Positions 1-14,282 of a DNA stretch of 64,000 bases are shown here, in pieces (the first letter of the stretch is position 1; each line of letters begins with the position of its first letter). The notes beneath the pieces were generated by a model. The model had not been told where the DNA came from. It saw only the letters and a program-made list of their open reading frames with translations, and ran no database searches. The position numbers and the translations under genes were made by a program. The stretch is from Camelus dromedarius (taxonomy: Eukaryota): assembly GCF_036321535.1 (NCBI RefSeq), contig NC_087437.1:26848001-26912000 (forward strand), read 5' to 3'.

Positions 1-139
1 GACATAACCATTAGGTGCCCTCCCTTCTGGGCACTAACAGAAGTTGCACATCAAGGGACAAATAGATGAAATAACTTTTGTACATCAGTACAACTATATG
101 TGGTCAGTGAGTCTGTTACCCTGCCATTCAGCTCATGTG

Positions 140-1135
140 GCCTTCACCTCTCCTTCCTGAGCTCCAAGCCTGCATGTCCATCTATCTTCTGGACATCTCC
201 CCCTTTATGACCCATGAGTATCTAAAACTTAACATCACTAAAACCAGAATTTGTTATCTTCCACCACCCAACCTGTCCCTGCTTCTGCTTCCCCCAACAT
301 TTTTGGTACCAACCCCCTCCACTAAGTCATTCAAGCCAGCAATCTCCTCCTTTCTCAACTAAACCATCAAATCTACTCCTCATCTTTATCCCCATCCCCT
401 CCTCACCATTTCCACTGCCTGTACCTTAGTTCAGATACTCATTATCTTTCTTTTAAACTACTGAAAGGCAATCACTTTTATATTTAAATAATAATAGCTA
501 GCCTGTATTGAGAGCTTTCCATATGGCAGGCTCTGCCCTGAATGCTTTATAGGAATTGTTTCCTTTAAACTTCACACTATTATGATTTGCATTTTATGGA
601 TGAGGAAACCAGGTCAACAGAGAGGCTAAAAAATTTGCCCAAACACACAGCTGCTAAGATAGAGAAGCAGGTGCTGAATCCCAGCAGTCTGAACCCAGAA
701 CTTGCTCTCATCTTGACCCTAATGTGTTCTATCTTCTCACCGGTGGCCTCCCTCCTTCCAGACTACTCACCATCAATTCTTCCTCCATGCTATTGCCACA
801 ATGATCTGTCCAAATGCAAATCCAGTGTCCTCATTTCCTGGCTTCAAACACTTCCATGACTTCCATTTCTTATAGGATGAAACTCCATGGGACCCAAGGC
901 CACAAAGTCCTCCAGATTCTGGCTCTGCCTCTCTCTCCAGCTTTGTCTACTCTTGATTCGCCACCTCAGTCTTTTAATTCTAGCACTTTGAAATACTTCT
1001 CTCAGAAGATGCCTTTCCATTCCATGCCTCCAAGATGACCCCTGTCACAGAATATCTTTCTTCATCGGCTCTCCGTGTTCCTTCCCATTCAAAGCCTTAT
1101 GCATTTATATCTCAGCTTGAACAGAGCTTCCCTTC
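140..1135 (+). mobile_element. L2 fragments interrupted by a MIR (-) at ~487-712
   Basis: CTCTCCTTCCTGAGCTCCAAG...GGACATCTCC...AAACTTAACATC (L2), and GGATGAGGAAACC...TTGCCCAAACACACAGCT (MIR core, minus strand). Confidence 0.7.
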
Positions 1136-1966
1136 AAGGAAACAAGCCAGTTAATTACAAATCATTTGCTGAAAGGATATTCCTGAATGATTACTTTGTC
1201 AAGTGACCAATTTACCAAATTTATCAAAAAATCTAAACTATTTAGAAAGTTTACAACAATTTATCTTGGATGGAATGGTTTCTGCACTTTTGAAGACTCC
1301 TATAGGTTATAGTTGGCCAGGTTAATCAACTGATCCCAAAAGCCTGACCTGCAGATCCTTCCTTCTGTCTCTCTGTGGCTCCTGTGTCCATGTCCACAGT
1401 TGATTGATGCACATGCAATCATTTCACATGTTTGAGATCCCTGAGAGATGGTGAGCTCCATAAGGGTCTGGTTATGTATGTTTTACCTCTTATCTCTGTT
1501 CCCAATGGAGTGTGGGATATGGTAGTGCTTTAACAAATATTATATTAAGCTGAATCTTAAGTAGTCAATAAATGGGCACTTTTATGGACTACCGTCTTTC
1601 ATCCATAAGGAAAAGGTAAATTATTAAGCAAAACAAAATATACATTCTAGAAACTTAGAAGTCTTAGACTATGCATATTCAGGCCTGCCCCTAACATATT
1701 TGGGGCCACCTTGAGTACAAATAGAGGACCACATACTACTATATGAAAAATAGCTTGAAGTTATAAAAGCAATCAAATAAACAATTAAATTAAATTTAGG
1801 CTATCTTTTTACCTTGAAAAAGTTTCAAAATTGTTTGAAAAGTAAGATTGACCCTAGAATTCTCAAGGGTATTGTAAGGATATCCAACCCCAGACCCTGG
1901 CCCTTGGTTCCTGGCCCCAAGCTTATAGTTCACGCATCTTTCTGCCCCCATCTCTGTGAAGTCACT

Positions 1967-1977
1967 CACACACACGT

Positions 1978-2014
<37 letters not shown>
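1967..2014. repeat. (CA)n microsatellite
   Basis: CA dinucleotide run with one GTG interruption. Confidence 0.95.
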
Positions 2015-2019
<5 letters not shown>

Positions 2020-4274
2020 CCAGTCACCTGAGACAGCTGCCCCTTGGCTACAATTGAATCCATAGTGGTGCAGCCCGCTCCCCTCAGGAGACCAGGCCCT
2101 GGAGTGAGCTGAGGTCTTTGGGGCGAGGAATTTCCTGTCCCATCTAACTAGAATCTCCTTGGTTCACAGTCATTAAGTATTATGTTGGAAATGGAAAGGT
2201 ATCCATAGTATATTAAATTTTAAGAGCAGGGTTTGAAGGTTTTGAGACATCTGTCTAATAATTTATTTTTGTAAAAAAATTATATACGTATATAAAAGTA
2301 CATAGAAGAAAATCTAAAGAAGCATACATCAAATTTATTATGCTTGTTACTATCTCCAAGTGCTAGGATCAGGTATCATTTTTTTTTCTTTTTACATATC
2401 TGTATTTCCACTATGAACATGCATTACTAAGTCATTTTTGAAATTATAGAAGTTAACATCAAAAACATAAAAAATAATCTACTTAATACTGGGATAATTT
2501 CTACACTGTTGAAGTGAAACATGATATTTTTAAAAACCTCAGAAATTTAGTACTTCCTATCCAGGAATAGTAGAGGATTTATAAAATATACCAGAGAACT
2601 CATTGACTAGTGAGGAAAATGCATAAAGCTATTGAGAGCCTCATATTTACAGACACGCGCTCATGAGGCTATGAATGTATACATTTATACCGAGTCATAT
2701 AAAAATACTCAAAGTATACAGTGCATATGTGTTCATCCTGCTGCCCGGAATTCTCTGTACAGAGAAGTGCTCTGTTCTCCGTAGAGCCTGTCACTAGCTC
2801 ACTGTCTGAATGTGGGCAAACTGCTGTGGGCCCCAAACAGTGGAGGCAGGATGTAAAACTAGTCATTAGCAAGATGCTTGCAGAGTCTCACACAGCAACC
2901 ATCTATCTGACTAATATTGCTGCACTAACATGGAAGGGAAGGATATCATTTGTTAATAATCCAAGTAATTTTAAAGAATGCATGTGTGTGTGCACGTGCA
3001 CGCACAGACACCATATCCCATATATATATGCAAATTGCAAATGGATCCTGGATGCTTATATGCATGGCATTTCAATAATCTTAGATATTGTTGGGGTTTC
3101 TTTTCCATTGGGAATAAGCTTCTGCCTAGAGATGGAATCAGAATAATCATCATATAAATTTTCAGCAGTCTCAATGAATAATAAATTGACCCAAATATTC
3201 CCTCAAAGTGTTCAAGCAATAAATTAATTCTAAACCCAGCTTCTCCCAACTTATTTTTAAGAGTTACTTTTAAATTAGCATTTCCTGCCATTTGTAATAA
3301 ATAAGTGTTATATATAAACAAGAATGTGACAACATTTCTATTTTCAAGAGACTCTTATCTAGATCATAAATATTCACACCAGGATAAACATCTGAGGGAA
3401 AAAAGTCCATTCCCAAAAGAGCTGCTTATTTTCTTCATATTCTGAAAAATTGATCTGTACAAAGATAAGAAAGTGTTATACATTCAGAAAGTTTATGCAT
3501 TCTGTTATCAATTTTCTTTCTCACTATACTAAAATGGAAATATAGTTGCCTTCATGAGCTACACAAATAGCAAGTGAGAAATCAAAGAAACATTCTATGG
3601 TGAAAGAGAATGAAAAACATTGAACATATTGCCATGATATGCCACATTCACACTCAAAATCTTGTATCTGTCCATTATATTTATTTGTCTAGGCAGTTCT
3701 CTACTGATTATAAAGATACATTCCAAAAGCTAGGCATTTGGACACTATAAAAAATATATATATAGGATCAATATTAAATTTGGTAGTTAGGTTTACAAGA
3801 CAGCCTCGGAAGCCTATACCTCCCTATTACAGAATGGGCTAGCTTTGGAAACTCACCACAATTTATAACACTGTCACCATGGGGAAATGCATTCCAAAAC
3901 ATAGCTCAGGAAATCATTTAACCATCCTCCCTCCCCACTTTCCTGCACTTCTGGACACAAGATGAAGAAAGCATAGTGGCTGGGGATTGCTTCAGGCACC
4001 CCAGGGTTAGAGGTGATCTGTCTCTCTGTTTATTTGTTTGCTTATCAATTGTGCTTTGTCCTTCTAATTATAAAAGTAATGTATGTCTGTTGCTATAAAA
4101 ATTAACAATGTAGAATTTAGACTTTAAGAAGTGAATGTCTCCCATGATCCTATTCTTCAGCTATACCCACTGTTAACAGTTTGGTGCATAGTCTTCTTGT
4201 GCTTTTTACATATTTGTTTACGAATGTTGGCATCTGACACTTTAAAAAACCTATCATATCAATACAATAGCATT

Positions 4275-5050
4275 CTGACAATAGGCACGTGAAAATATTC
4301 AACATCATTAGCCATTAAGGAAAGCAAATCAAAATCACAGTGAAATACCGTGTCACAGCCACTAGAGTGGCTATCACGAAAGAGACATAATGACAAGCAC
4401 ACACTAGTATGAGTTAGAACACTGATACACTGCTGGTGGGAATATGTGGGGGTACATCCACTGTGGAAAACAAACTGACAGTTTCTCAAAAGGCTGAAGT
4501 AGAGCTGTCATATGACCCTGAGATTCCACCTCTAAAGTATTCCCAAGAGAAATGAAAACATATGTCCACACAAAACTTAAACACAAATGCCCACAGCAGC
4601 ATTATTCACAATAACCAAAAGGTGGAAACAACCCAAATGTCCATCAACTGATAAACGGATAAGGAAAATGTGGTCTATCCATATAATTGAATATTTTTGG
4701 CAATAAACATAAATAAGTAAAATACTAACATATGCTACAACACGAATGACCCTTGAAAACATGACACAAAGAAGCCAGACACAAAAGGCTGTATATTGTA
4801 TGATTCCATTTCTATGAAACGTCCAGAATAGACAAATCCATACAGAAAGAAAGTGAAGATTATCTGAGAGGAGGAGGAGTGAGGAGTGAAAGCTGATGTG
4901 CACAGGATTTCTCTTTGGGGTGAGGAAAAGGATCTAAAATTAACTAGTAGAAATTTGCAACTCTGCAAATACACTAAAGACCACTAAAGTGTGCGCTTTT
5001 AAAAGGTGAATTTTATGCTGTGTGAATTACATATCTATAAAGTATTATTA
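4275..5050 (+). mobile_element. Old L1 (L1MB-like) ORF2 end and 3' UTR
   Basis: CAAATCAAAATCACAGTGAAATACC, AAATGAAAACATATGTCCACACAAAAC, CCCAAATGTCCATCAACTGAT and the terminal GGTGAATTTTATG..TGTGAATTA motif. Confidence 0.85.
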
Positions 5051-6529
5051 AAATACACATGTTGGCGTTGTGACCTTAGGTTATTTAATATCTGAGTCAA
5101 TTTCTTATCCGCATAGGGTTAGTGAAGGTTTATTAATATGTAAGTTTAATATTGATACATAATCACTACTATATACATAATGACTGATATATATACACAT
5201 ATATATAATTACTATTTTAAGTGCTATCACATACTATATGCATACATTTATATATATGCATATATTTATATATACATTACTTAACACCATGCCAGGCACA
5301 GAGCAGTCCCTCTGATAATGATAATTACTCCATTAAATTCTTTATACTGCAGCAAACCTCTTTAATATCATTTTGATGCATTTTCTCAATGTAAAATAGC
5401 TTGCCATTCTCCTCCATATAATTTCTTCACCTTACATCTGCAAAAATAATAATTAAGCTACTCTTCCATTCACCTCACTTCTTGGTGAATAAACTCAGAT
5501 TTATAACACTTACCTGACTGGTGATTTTACATTTATCTGCTTGATTTCATTAATGTGTGTTTTGTACTGAACCAATCCAAGAAGGTAGGGCCCATGCCTG
5601 GTTTTGTTCAACCCTGAATCATCAGTGCTAGCCCAGGGCCAGACACATGTTAGAGCTTAAGAAATAGTTGTTGAATGAATGAATGGCTGGCTGGCTGGAT
5701 AGATATATCTGCTCCGTGAGTGGCCTTCCTGTAAGTGGGTGGTTCTCAGCAAGGGTTGGGGTGTGGAGAGAAGGCAGGTTGTCATACAGGATACAGGTTG
5801 TCATATCTGAATCACCTGGGGTGCTTTTTTAAGTTACCTGATACCTTCTCCCCAAGACATACCATATCAGAGCTTAAAACGTGCTACTTCAGAGGCAGGA
5901 AGGCCCACTCCACCCAAAATACACTTCATACAACCAGTCACTGATGACAGAAATTTCTTCCATAGGACACAAAAACTTTCATTCATAATCAGAGATAAAA
6001 GTTAAGGTACAAATACCTTTGGCCACTGTGATATGATAAAAACACCACTGTCTAGACCAGGAGTCAACAAAGCTGGTCTTTAGACCTGCCTTGACTTTGG
6101 AGATGGTATGTGGCAGACAGGAAGGGAAGAGGGATAAGTACACAGACTGCTGAGTGTCCAAAGAAGCTGTGGAGAAGCAGAGCACAAGCAGGGGACAGGC
6201 GCAAATGGGATAAAGTGTTTCAGGCTCCAACTTCATAATTTTACTAGGGTCAAGCCTACCTTCTCTCAGCCCATCTGCTCTCTGCTCTCCAGGGGAAACG
6301 CTCCTAAGTCATACTGCTCAAGTTTAGGACCTGCCTCGGCAATGGGGATCTGACTACTGGCCCACCCAGCCATGAGTCCACACATAAGCTGGAAGAATAG
6401 TTTCTTGTCTACTTCATTCTTATTTCCCAACATGTGTTAATTGCTTTTAACAGAGTCCTAATTGCTAGCTCATGTTCATCTTTGAGGCGGCCTGGTTCCC
6501 AAGATCCTCTGCTGTATTCAAACTCTGTT

Positions 6530-7400
6530 TTTAACTTTCTAAACTGTAAAATATAGCACACATTATGCTTAGAATACAAATGCACAGTTTAATGAATTAT
6601 TGTAAAGTCAATATCTATATAACAAATATACAGGTTACATTATACATTATGAACATATATATACATGACACATATATAGAATGATAACATTAATTTTTTA
6701 AATGTGAATTAAATCTTAATAAGAATGATTTTTAAAAGAAAAACAAAAAGAAATAATATATTGTAAACACTCCAGAAAGTCCTCACTCATGGTTCTTTTC
6801 TAATCACAACACTTACGTTCTTCCCTATTCTGACTCCTACAGTATTCACTTCTCTTGCTTTTCTTAATGGTTTACTGCTTAACCATGCATCTCCTAAAAA
6901 TCATTTAATTTTGTAAGCTTTTGTATGCTCCATAAATAGAATCATGTAATGTATGTTCCTTTGTGCTGGATCTCTTCCATTTAACATTGTTTTCAGGATT
7001 CAACCACATTATTGCCTGGAGCTGTAGTTTTTAATTTTTATTTGTATATGGTATTCTAGCGAATGAATGTTCCATAATTTGTTTATATCTTCTACTGTTG
7101 ATGGAGACTTGGGTTGTTTCCAATTTCAGGCTATTATGAGTAACACTGCTATGCACATTCACGTATGTGTCTTTTGGTGCTCATGTGCACCTCTTTCTGT
7201 TGCATGCAAGTCTAAAAGTAGGATTCTGATGACTTATCTGGTGGTATGTGTATCTTCGCCTTTATTCAATTATGTCAAACTACTGTCTGAAATAATGATA
7301 GATTTACTTTCTGACCAGCAATGTTTGAGAATTCCCAATACCTGGCATTGTCAGACTTTTTAATTTTAGCTCAGCTGGTGAGAAGTAGGATCCCATCATC
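6530..7400 (-). mobile_element. Old L1 (L1ME/MD-like) 3' fragment
   Basis: CTACTGTTGATGGAGACTTGGGTTGTTTCCAATT...GCTATTATGAGTAACACTGCTATG, antisense L1 ORF2 end. Confidence 0.75.
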
Positions 7401-7504
7401 ATTTCACCATGTGCCCTGACCCCATTTTGAGGGGGTACATTTGCTTCCTAGTATTTGCCCTTCCTTAACATTTTCTAATGATTTCTCTCCTACCTATCAG
7501 GGCA

Positions 7505-8036
7505 AATTAACTATCTATTCCTGTGTAGCAAATTATACCCAAAATTAGTGGATTAAAACAATAAACTTTATTATCTCAGTCATTCATTTGAGTAGCTCAG
7601 GAATCCAAGTGCCTTAGGTGGGTAATTCTGGCTTAGAGTCTCTCCTGTGGTTGCAATCAAGGTGTCTACCAGGGCTGCAGTCATCTGAAGGCTTATCTGG
7701 GGCTGGAGGATTCACTTCTAAAGTGGCTCACTCATATTCATGGCAAGTTAGTGCTGGCCATTGGCAAAGGGCCTCAGTTCCTCTCCATAGGGCTGCTTGA
7801 GCGCCTTCATGGCAGCTCACTTCCCCCAGTGTGAGTGATCCAAGAGAAGACAGCGAAGAGGAAATCACAATGCCTTTTATGATCTGGTTTTGGAAGTTGC
7901 TTCTGCCACTTTGTATTCATTGGAAGAGAGGCAGTAAGTCTAGCCTATGCAAAAGGAGAGGGGAGTCGGTCTCCGTTTCTGGAAGCATGAAGTACCAAAG
8001 AACTTGTGTGCATGTTTTCAAACCACCACACAACAC
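7505..8036 (-). mobile_element. MLT1-type MaLR solo LTR
   Basis: CCCAAAATTAGTGGATTAAAACAATAAAC...GGGCTGCAGTCATCTGAAGGCTT...GGGCCTCAGTTCCTCTCCA...AAACCACCACA terminus. Confidence 0.8.
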
Positions 8037-8044
8037 AATTTAAA

Positions 8045-8760
8045 ATCTCTTGACTTTCACCATTTGGCAAGCACCAGAGTAATTGTTATTTCAGACATCA
8101 ATGGATGTTAAAATAACTGAGTGAAAATCTGATTAAAAAAACAAATGAGAAATGAGCATGGTCTCAAACTATCTTCTCACAAGACAACTTACTAACTACA
8201 AAGGGAATCATAATACCTTTATAGTGGAAAGACTTAGCAAACACGACCTTGACCAAGTTATCAAAATTAACATCATCAATAATGAGACATATCATATGAC
8301 TTCCAATATGATGCACTTTCAGTGGTATTCTTGCCAAAAATGCATAACTTCAATTTAATCATGAGGGAACATCAGATAAGCTAAACCCAAGTTGGCGAAC
8401 ATTCTACAAAATAACTGGAGAGTACTCTTTTCAAGAGTATCAAGGTCATGAAAGACAAAAAGGGCTGAAAAATTGTCCTGGATTAAAGGAGACTAAGGAA
8501 ACATTACAACTAAAAACAAGCTGTGATTTTTGGAGCAGAAAAAATACACTAATCAGACAACTAGTGAAATTTGAATAAGGTTGGTAGACTAGTGTAAAGT
8601 GTTAGGTCAACGTCAATGTCCTGATTTTAATAATTGCACTGTGGTTACATAAAATGTTAAGATTTGAAGAAGCTGTGAATATATATATAAGAATTTCCTG
8701 TGTTTGTTTTGCAACTTTTTGGTAAATCTGAAATCATTTCAAAATGAAAACAAAAAATGA
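8045..8760 (+). mobile_element. L1MC-like 3' UTR fragment
   Basis: CTTGACCAAGTTATCAAAATTAACATCA, CATTCTACAAAATAACTGG, TCAAGGTCATGAAAGACAA, TTGCAACTTTTTGGTAAATCTGAAATCATTTCAAAAT. Confidence 0.75.
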
Positions 8761-8879
8761 AAATTATTATTAAAAATATACATATTTAAGTAAAGGATCA
8801 ATGAAAAACAGTGTGAGTGAGAGTCCATCAGAAGCTCACTAGTCTCTGACAGGAGTGGCTACTAAGAAGAACTACAGTC

Positions 8880-9445
8880 ATTTTCTATATGGCCTTCATC
8901 TCTCCCTGCCTCTAGTCCTACTATGCCCTCTCCATGTAATTCACAACAGCTGCCTAAAATATATATATATGATCATGCCAATTTCCTGCTTAAACCCTGG
9001 CCGTGGCTTCTCACGTCTTAGGATAAATCCAATTTTCCCAACAAGGGATCCTCATATGAATCCTATATGGATAACTATATGAAATTGAATATATTCCCTA
9101 AGACATGCCATGGGTCTCCCACCTCCAGGTCTTTGCATATGCTATTCCCTCTTCTTTGCTGGAAAAATCTTGATTTTTCTTCGAGAATACTCTCCCAATT
9201 TCTGTTTGTAAAGCTTTTTTGGACCGTTTGTCTCTCTACATAGAGGTAATCATTATATCTCCTCCTTGTATGGCCTTTGCTGAGGATCTCTCTTGCAGCA
9301 TCATTGCACTGTAAGTAGATGTTTATGTATTTGTTGTTGTTACTGATGGTAGTGGGGTGTTTTTCTGAGTACTATTAGCTTCTAGAGCACAAAATCTAAG
9401 CTATATTCATTCCCAGCACCTGGCACAAAAACAAGCAAATGGTAG
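8880..9445 (+). mobile_element. L2 3' fragment
   Basis: CCTGCTTAAACCC..GTGGCTTC, TCTTTGCATATGCTATTCCCTCT, CCCAGCACCTGGCACA. Confidence 0.65.
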
Positions 9446-9449
9446 GCAT

Positions 9450-10006
9450 ATTAGTTATTTATTGCTATGTAAAAAGTTACTCTAAAAATTAACATCTTAG
9501 AGCAACAAACAGTTTCTTTATTATTATCATACAGTTTCTGAGGGTCAGGAATCCAAGAGCAGCTTAGATGGGTGGGTTCTGGTTTAGCATCTCACAAGGT
9601 TTAAATCATAGTGTCATGGAGGGCTGTAGTCATCCAAAGGCTTGACTGAGGCTGTTGAATCTGCTTCCAAGATGGCTTATTCACATAACTGTTGACAAAA
9701 GGCCTCCACTCTTCTTCAGCTGTTGGCGTAGGGCCTCAATTCTTCACCATATGGGCCTCTCCATAGGCTAGCGGCAATCCTCATAACATGGCAGCTGGCT
9801 TCCTCCAGAGAAAGTGGTCCAAGAGAGAAAGGAACACAGATGTCACAAATTTTCAATAATCTATCTCAGAAGTGACATACCATCTCTTTGGCTGTATTCG
9901 ATCAGTCACACAGAACAACCCTGGTAAATGTGGAAGAACTCTACTCAGAGCAGGCATACCGAGAGGCAGGGATCACTGGGCTCCATCTTAGAGGCTGACA
10001 GCCACA
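9450..10006 (-). mobile_element. Second MLT1-type MaLR solo LTR, inserted in the 3' end of an L2
   Basis: Clearly homologous to 7505-8036 (GGTCAGGAATCCAAG, GCTGTAGTCATCCAAAGGCTTGACTG, GGGCCTCAATTCTTCACCA), ends GCCACA. L2 tail GAATGAATGAA resumes at ~10035. Confidence 0.8.
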
Positions 10007-11699
10007 GAAGCAATTACTCCGTGTCTGAAGAGATGAGTGAATGAATGAAGTGACCTCCTCAGGACCATTTCCCAAAGCACTTAATAATCAGAGAACCCAA
10101 ATGGATTCATTTATCTCAAGGCAGTCTTGGTTATAACAAAGTCATCTACAGACACTGATTAGGACCACAAACAGCACTTGAGAAAGGTTCCCATGTGTTA
10201 TTTATCCATTCAATGAATAGAAGGACCTTGTCATTTTTCAGGAAAATGGACTCAGACCAGGAAAGGTGAGGTAATGGACCTGAGGTCAATGAGAAGGTCA
10301 GATGACCCAGGAATAAATTCCCTGTCTACTGAGAATTGCCAGCATGAATGTCAGATGAGCACACCTTCCGGGTGCTATTCAGCTGTTTAGAATTCTGGGT
10401 GTTCTCCTGCTTCATTAAGAGGAGACTGATTCATGGGTCTAGAGGATGGCCACTCATAGGTTAAAATTTTCCACTGCACACCCATAGGTTAAAATTTTTC
10501 CTTTTCTAACTTTGGTATAAGACACAGTTTTCCACTAAATCCTAATCTCTGGCATAAAAGCAGAACAAATGCCTGGCCATCTCTGCAGATTTTTATAGAA
10601 GATTTTCACATCATTTAATAGCTGTGTTCTCTAGAGGAGGACTCAGGGCCTTCCTCCTTCATCTTGCCTTTTTGTGTCTCACTAATTCCCTGTATTGACT
10701 GTCCTTTCCTTAACTTCTAGTATCAACCTATTGTAATTCTACCAGTTCTTCTACTTCTAGCCAAGTCTCTGCTCCTTCGAGAAGTTTCCCTGATATTTCC
10801 CACCTAGAGAATTTGCTTCCTTATTGAACCAATCTTATATCACAATTCGTTTCACTCTATGGCATTTGAGTTTGTCTTACAAGTATTTAGGTACATGTAG
10901 GCCATGTCATATGTATTTTTATTCCCTAGTTCTCCAAAACATTATTATTTATGTAATAAATAGATACAGCTAATTTTCTTTCACAGAATAATATTTTTTT
11001 AAAAAACTGCTTACTCTTAAAAACTCCAAGGTAAATATTTTTGTAATATTCAAACTCTTATACAATCTTTTGGAGTTTTTTTAGTTTGTTTTTGCTTTTT
11101 GTTGTGATTTCAGTTTTTTTAAGTAATTACACTCTTGAAGGCAGGACAGTAACACAGGTTATCTGTGTGCAGTGTTGATACGCTTTTCCTTTAACAAAAT
11201 TAAATTCACTAATCACATTCATTTCTAAAGCCCTTTGAAAATATGTGTCATGCTTATGGGTGGCCACATTCCAGAGAACTGAATATGAGCCACGAAAGGA
11301 AAGGAGGCTGGGGGTGGGGAGGATACCCTTACAAGGCAAGAGAACTGAGCATGTGCAAGGCTCTGCAGTAAGCGAAGGAGGGCAGAGAAGTGCAGTTTGG
11401 GAAATATGGAGGGGAATGAAGAGAGAAAGGGAGTTTAAAGGAGAGAAGGGAGTCTGACCACGTTCAGGAGATCCCCTGGAATCCACAAATGGGGAGAGTA
11501 CACTCCAGAAAGGTACCTCTTAATCAGACCACTGCTGACTTCCAGGTCCCTTCTGGCATCTCTTTACTAAGCCCAACCCTTTGAGGATGCTCAGACCAAG
11601 CTCTAGCTCCTCACACTCAGTGATTCCTGAGATTCCAGCCCTTTCTTTGACATATGGTCTGTCACCGTGCATCCAGACTGTAGTTTTGGATTTATGAAA

Positions 11700-12415
11700 T
11701 GTGTGGTATGATGGAGTCCAGTGGACTTCGAAAACTCCTAACTCTGCTACGTAAAAGCTGGCAGGTTATCCAATCTCTTATGGATTCAGTTTTTTCATCT
11801 ATAAAATGGGGATAATAATACCTACAAAGCAGGTATTATTACAGATCACAAATATCACAGGATTGTTGTGAAAATTACACATAAGTAGGTACTCGATAAA
11901 TAGCAGCTACAAAAAGCAGCGTAGCATGGTAGTTAGAAGCATGGAGTCTGGATCCAGACCAACTGGGTTTGAATTCTTGTTTCATTACCTTCTCTCTGTG
12001 TGACTTATTTTCTTTGTGCCTCAGTTTCCTGATCTATCAAATGGGGATAATAATAGTATAGTTTCTATCTTACAGAGTTGATGGAACGATATAATGGTTA
12101 TAATACAGTGCCTGTCACATAAAAAGCATTCAGTAGATGGAAGTAGTAGTGGTGATTGTTTTTGTGTTGTTATTATTATTATTATAAAAGATGCAGTGGA
12201 GGGCAACAGTTAAGACTGTACTCTAGTGCTGAATTACCCGGGTTCAGAACCTGGTTCTACTCTTTACCAGCTGCATGATCCCAGGATCTTCATTCCCTCA
12301 TCTGTAAATTGGGAATAATAATAGCATCTACTCCATAAGATTAAATAAATTCATATATGCAAAGTACTTAAGCAGTGCTGGTGCATAGTAAACAAGAAGT
12401 GTGAACCATTATTAG
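11700..12415 (+). mobile_element. Three head-to-tail MIR copies (~11700-11910, ~11915-12185, ~12200-12415)
   Basis: The MIR core (CAGTTTCCTCATCTGTAAAATGGGGATAATAATA-like) occurs three times, at ~11787, ~12020 and ~12295. Confidence 0.8.
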
Positions 12416-13984
12416 TATAAATTCCAATCAGCCATAGCTCCAGTTTCTATGCATGCCTGTGAGTAATTTTAAAGTTTGATATTTGGTACAATTAGATAAA
12501 CTTAAAGTTTATGTATTCTGTGATGACTAACCTGAACTACCAGTTCCCTTGGAAATAAGCCAGGCTTTTAACCATCGAAGGTTTACAGCTGGGTCCCAGC
12601 TGACCATCTCGTCAGTGTCTATGTGTATGGCAGATGGTGGCTGCATTTTTTAAACGATTCCTTCCAAAGAGAAGATTGTAAATTTCTCAGAAAAATTCAA
12701 TGCCTTCATTACAGAAGAACGTGCTGTCTCAGCCCTCTCACGCCACACCTTCATGACTGGCACTGAGGAGTCCCACATAAAGGGAAGAGACCTCAAAATT
12801 AGGCATGTTGGAGAGTTTCATGTGCTACAGACCATTGTTTTCAATGACATGCCAAAAGCCAGCCACTTCAACTCACATTTTTACTTTGCTCTCCAGCTGT
12901 ACTGCAGAAACAGTACAAGTTGTTCGTTCAGATACCGGAAAGGCTGACAGTCCAGGAAACTTTTTTTTTTCGTTTCTTCAGCCAATAATCTTGTAGCCCA
13001 GTGATGTCACTCAACAGTTATGCAATATGACTTAACTGTTGGATAGGTGACAGGAATTCCACTGACACCAAGATCACCATGAAACTGCTTAGTTACTAAA
13101 TTAGTCATATTGTACATTACCGATAGGTCACTTTTAAACTGTGATTAACTGCCAGTTCAAACAGCACTGTTGTCTAGTTAAAGAAGCCAGAGCCTATCAC
13201 TCATAGTTTAAATGATCATATCTAGTTATTCCAGCGTCTGATTAATGCAACTGAGGTGGTTACTGAACTTCACAACATCGCAGGCCACTTAAAAAGGAAC
13301 ACAGTGGGAAAAGGAAACACTTTCCGTCCTCTATTTTTAGGGGAAAATTTGTAAAATATTTCCTTGACCATTTCCTAAAATTAGTCATTTCAATTTCTCG
13401 ACAATTTCCCCAATCCAAATAGGACAAGAACAGGATCCGTTCCTCAATGAAGATAGGGATTATTTAGTGTTGTTTTCTTCTCTAACACAAGCCGGCCTCT
13501 GTCCTATAATTCAACTACGCTGTGAAAGGGGACTTTTTACTGATCATAAGCCACTAGATAGCTATCACTTATTCCACAATATCAGTTGTTAAAATAATGT
13601 TTAAATTTGCCCATTTGAAAAGTAGTAGATGCATGTTAGAAAAAGTTTAGGAAATACCAAAAAGTACAAAAAAAAGAAAAAGAAGAAAAAGGAAAGGCTT
13701 CACAATCTCACCCTCCCAAAAATAACCATAACTAAAACTCTATAAATTTCTTCTGGTCTCAGTAAGGAATGAATACAGCAGCCTAACAAACTCCTTGCCT
13801 GGCAGTGCGGTGGATGCTGGGTGTAGAAAGATAAAGAACATTCAATCCCTCTCCCTTAAGAAGCACACAGCTTAATGTAATGGGGTATCTGAACACAAAA
13901 GAGGCATTTAGTGTAGGCTGGAAAGAACGAAATGTGGAGTGGAGGAGCTGGAAGGGATTACCAGAGCTGATTAGAGAAATCCTA

Positions 13985-14252
13985 GAGTAGGGCTACTCAA
14001 AGTATGTTCCACAAAGTGATACCAGAGCTTACAAGCTACCTACAGAAGCTAAGAGAAAGCATGTGAAACTTTTGGAGCAATTTGATGGCACCTTAATAAT
14101 ATTTTTTAATTGCACCTGTATTTTATATGTGTTTTTTAATTTTATTTTTGTTGTGTTTATTTTTATTGTATTTTTTTAAAAATTAGTTCACAATAGATTA
14201 AATTAAAAGTGTAAAACTCCTCTGTCACTATAAATAGTTTGAAAACCACTGT
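13985..14252. mobile_element. hAT-Charlie-type non-autonomous DNA transposon remnant
   Basis: Ends TAGGGCTACTCAAAGT... and ...AGTTTGAAAACCACTG resemble Charlie/MER5-group TIRs. Confidence 0.5.
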
Positions 14253-14282
14253 CCCCAGGGACACAACAGTTTAGCTAAGTAT

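Noticed and set aside
7505..10006. Two MLT1 LTRs as the paired ends of one provirus
   Set aside because: The intervening DNA is L1MC and L2, not MaLR internal sequence, and the two LTRs differ in structure. They are independent solo LTRs.
11700..12415. Regularly spaced repeats resembling a CRISPR-like array
   Set aside because: They are three diverged MIR cores in mammalian DNA, with no identical repeats, spacers or cas genes.
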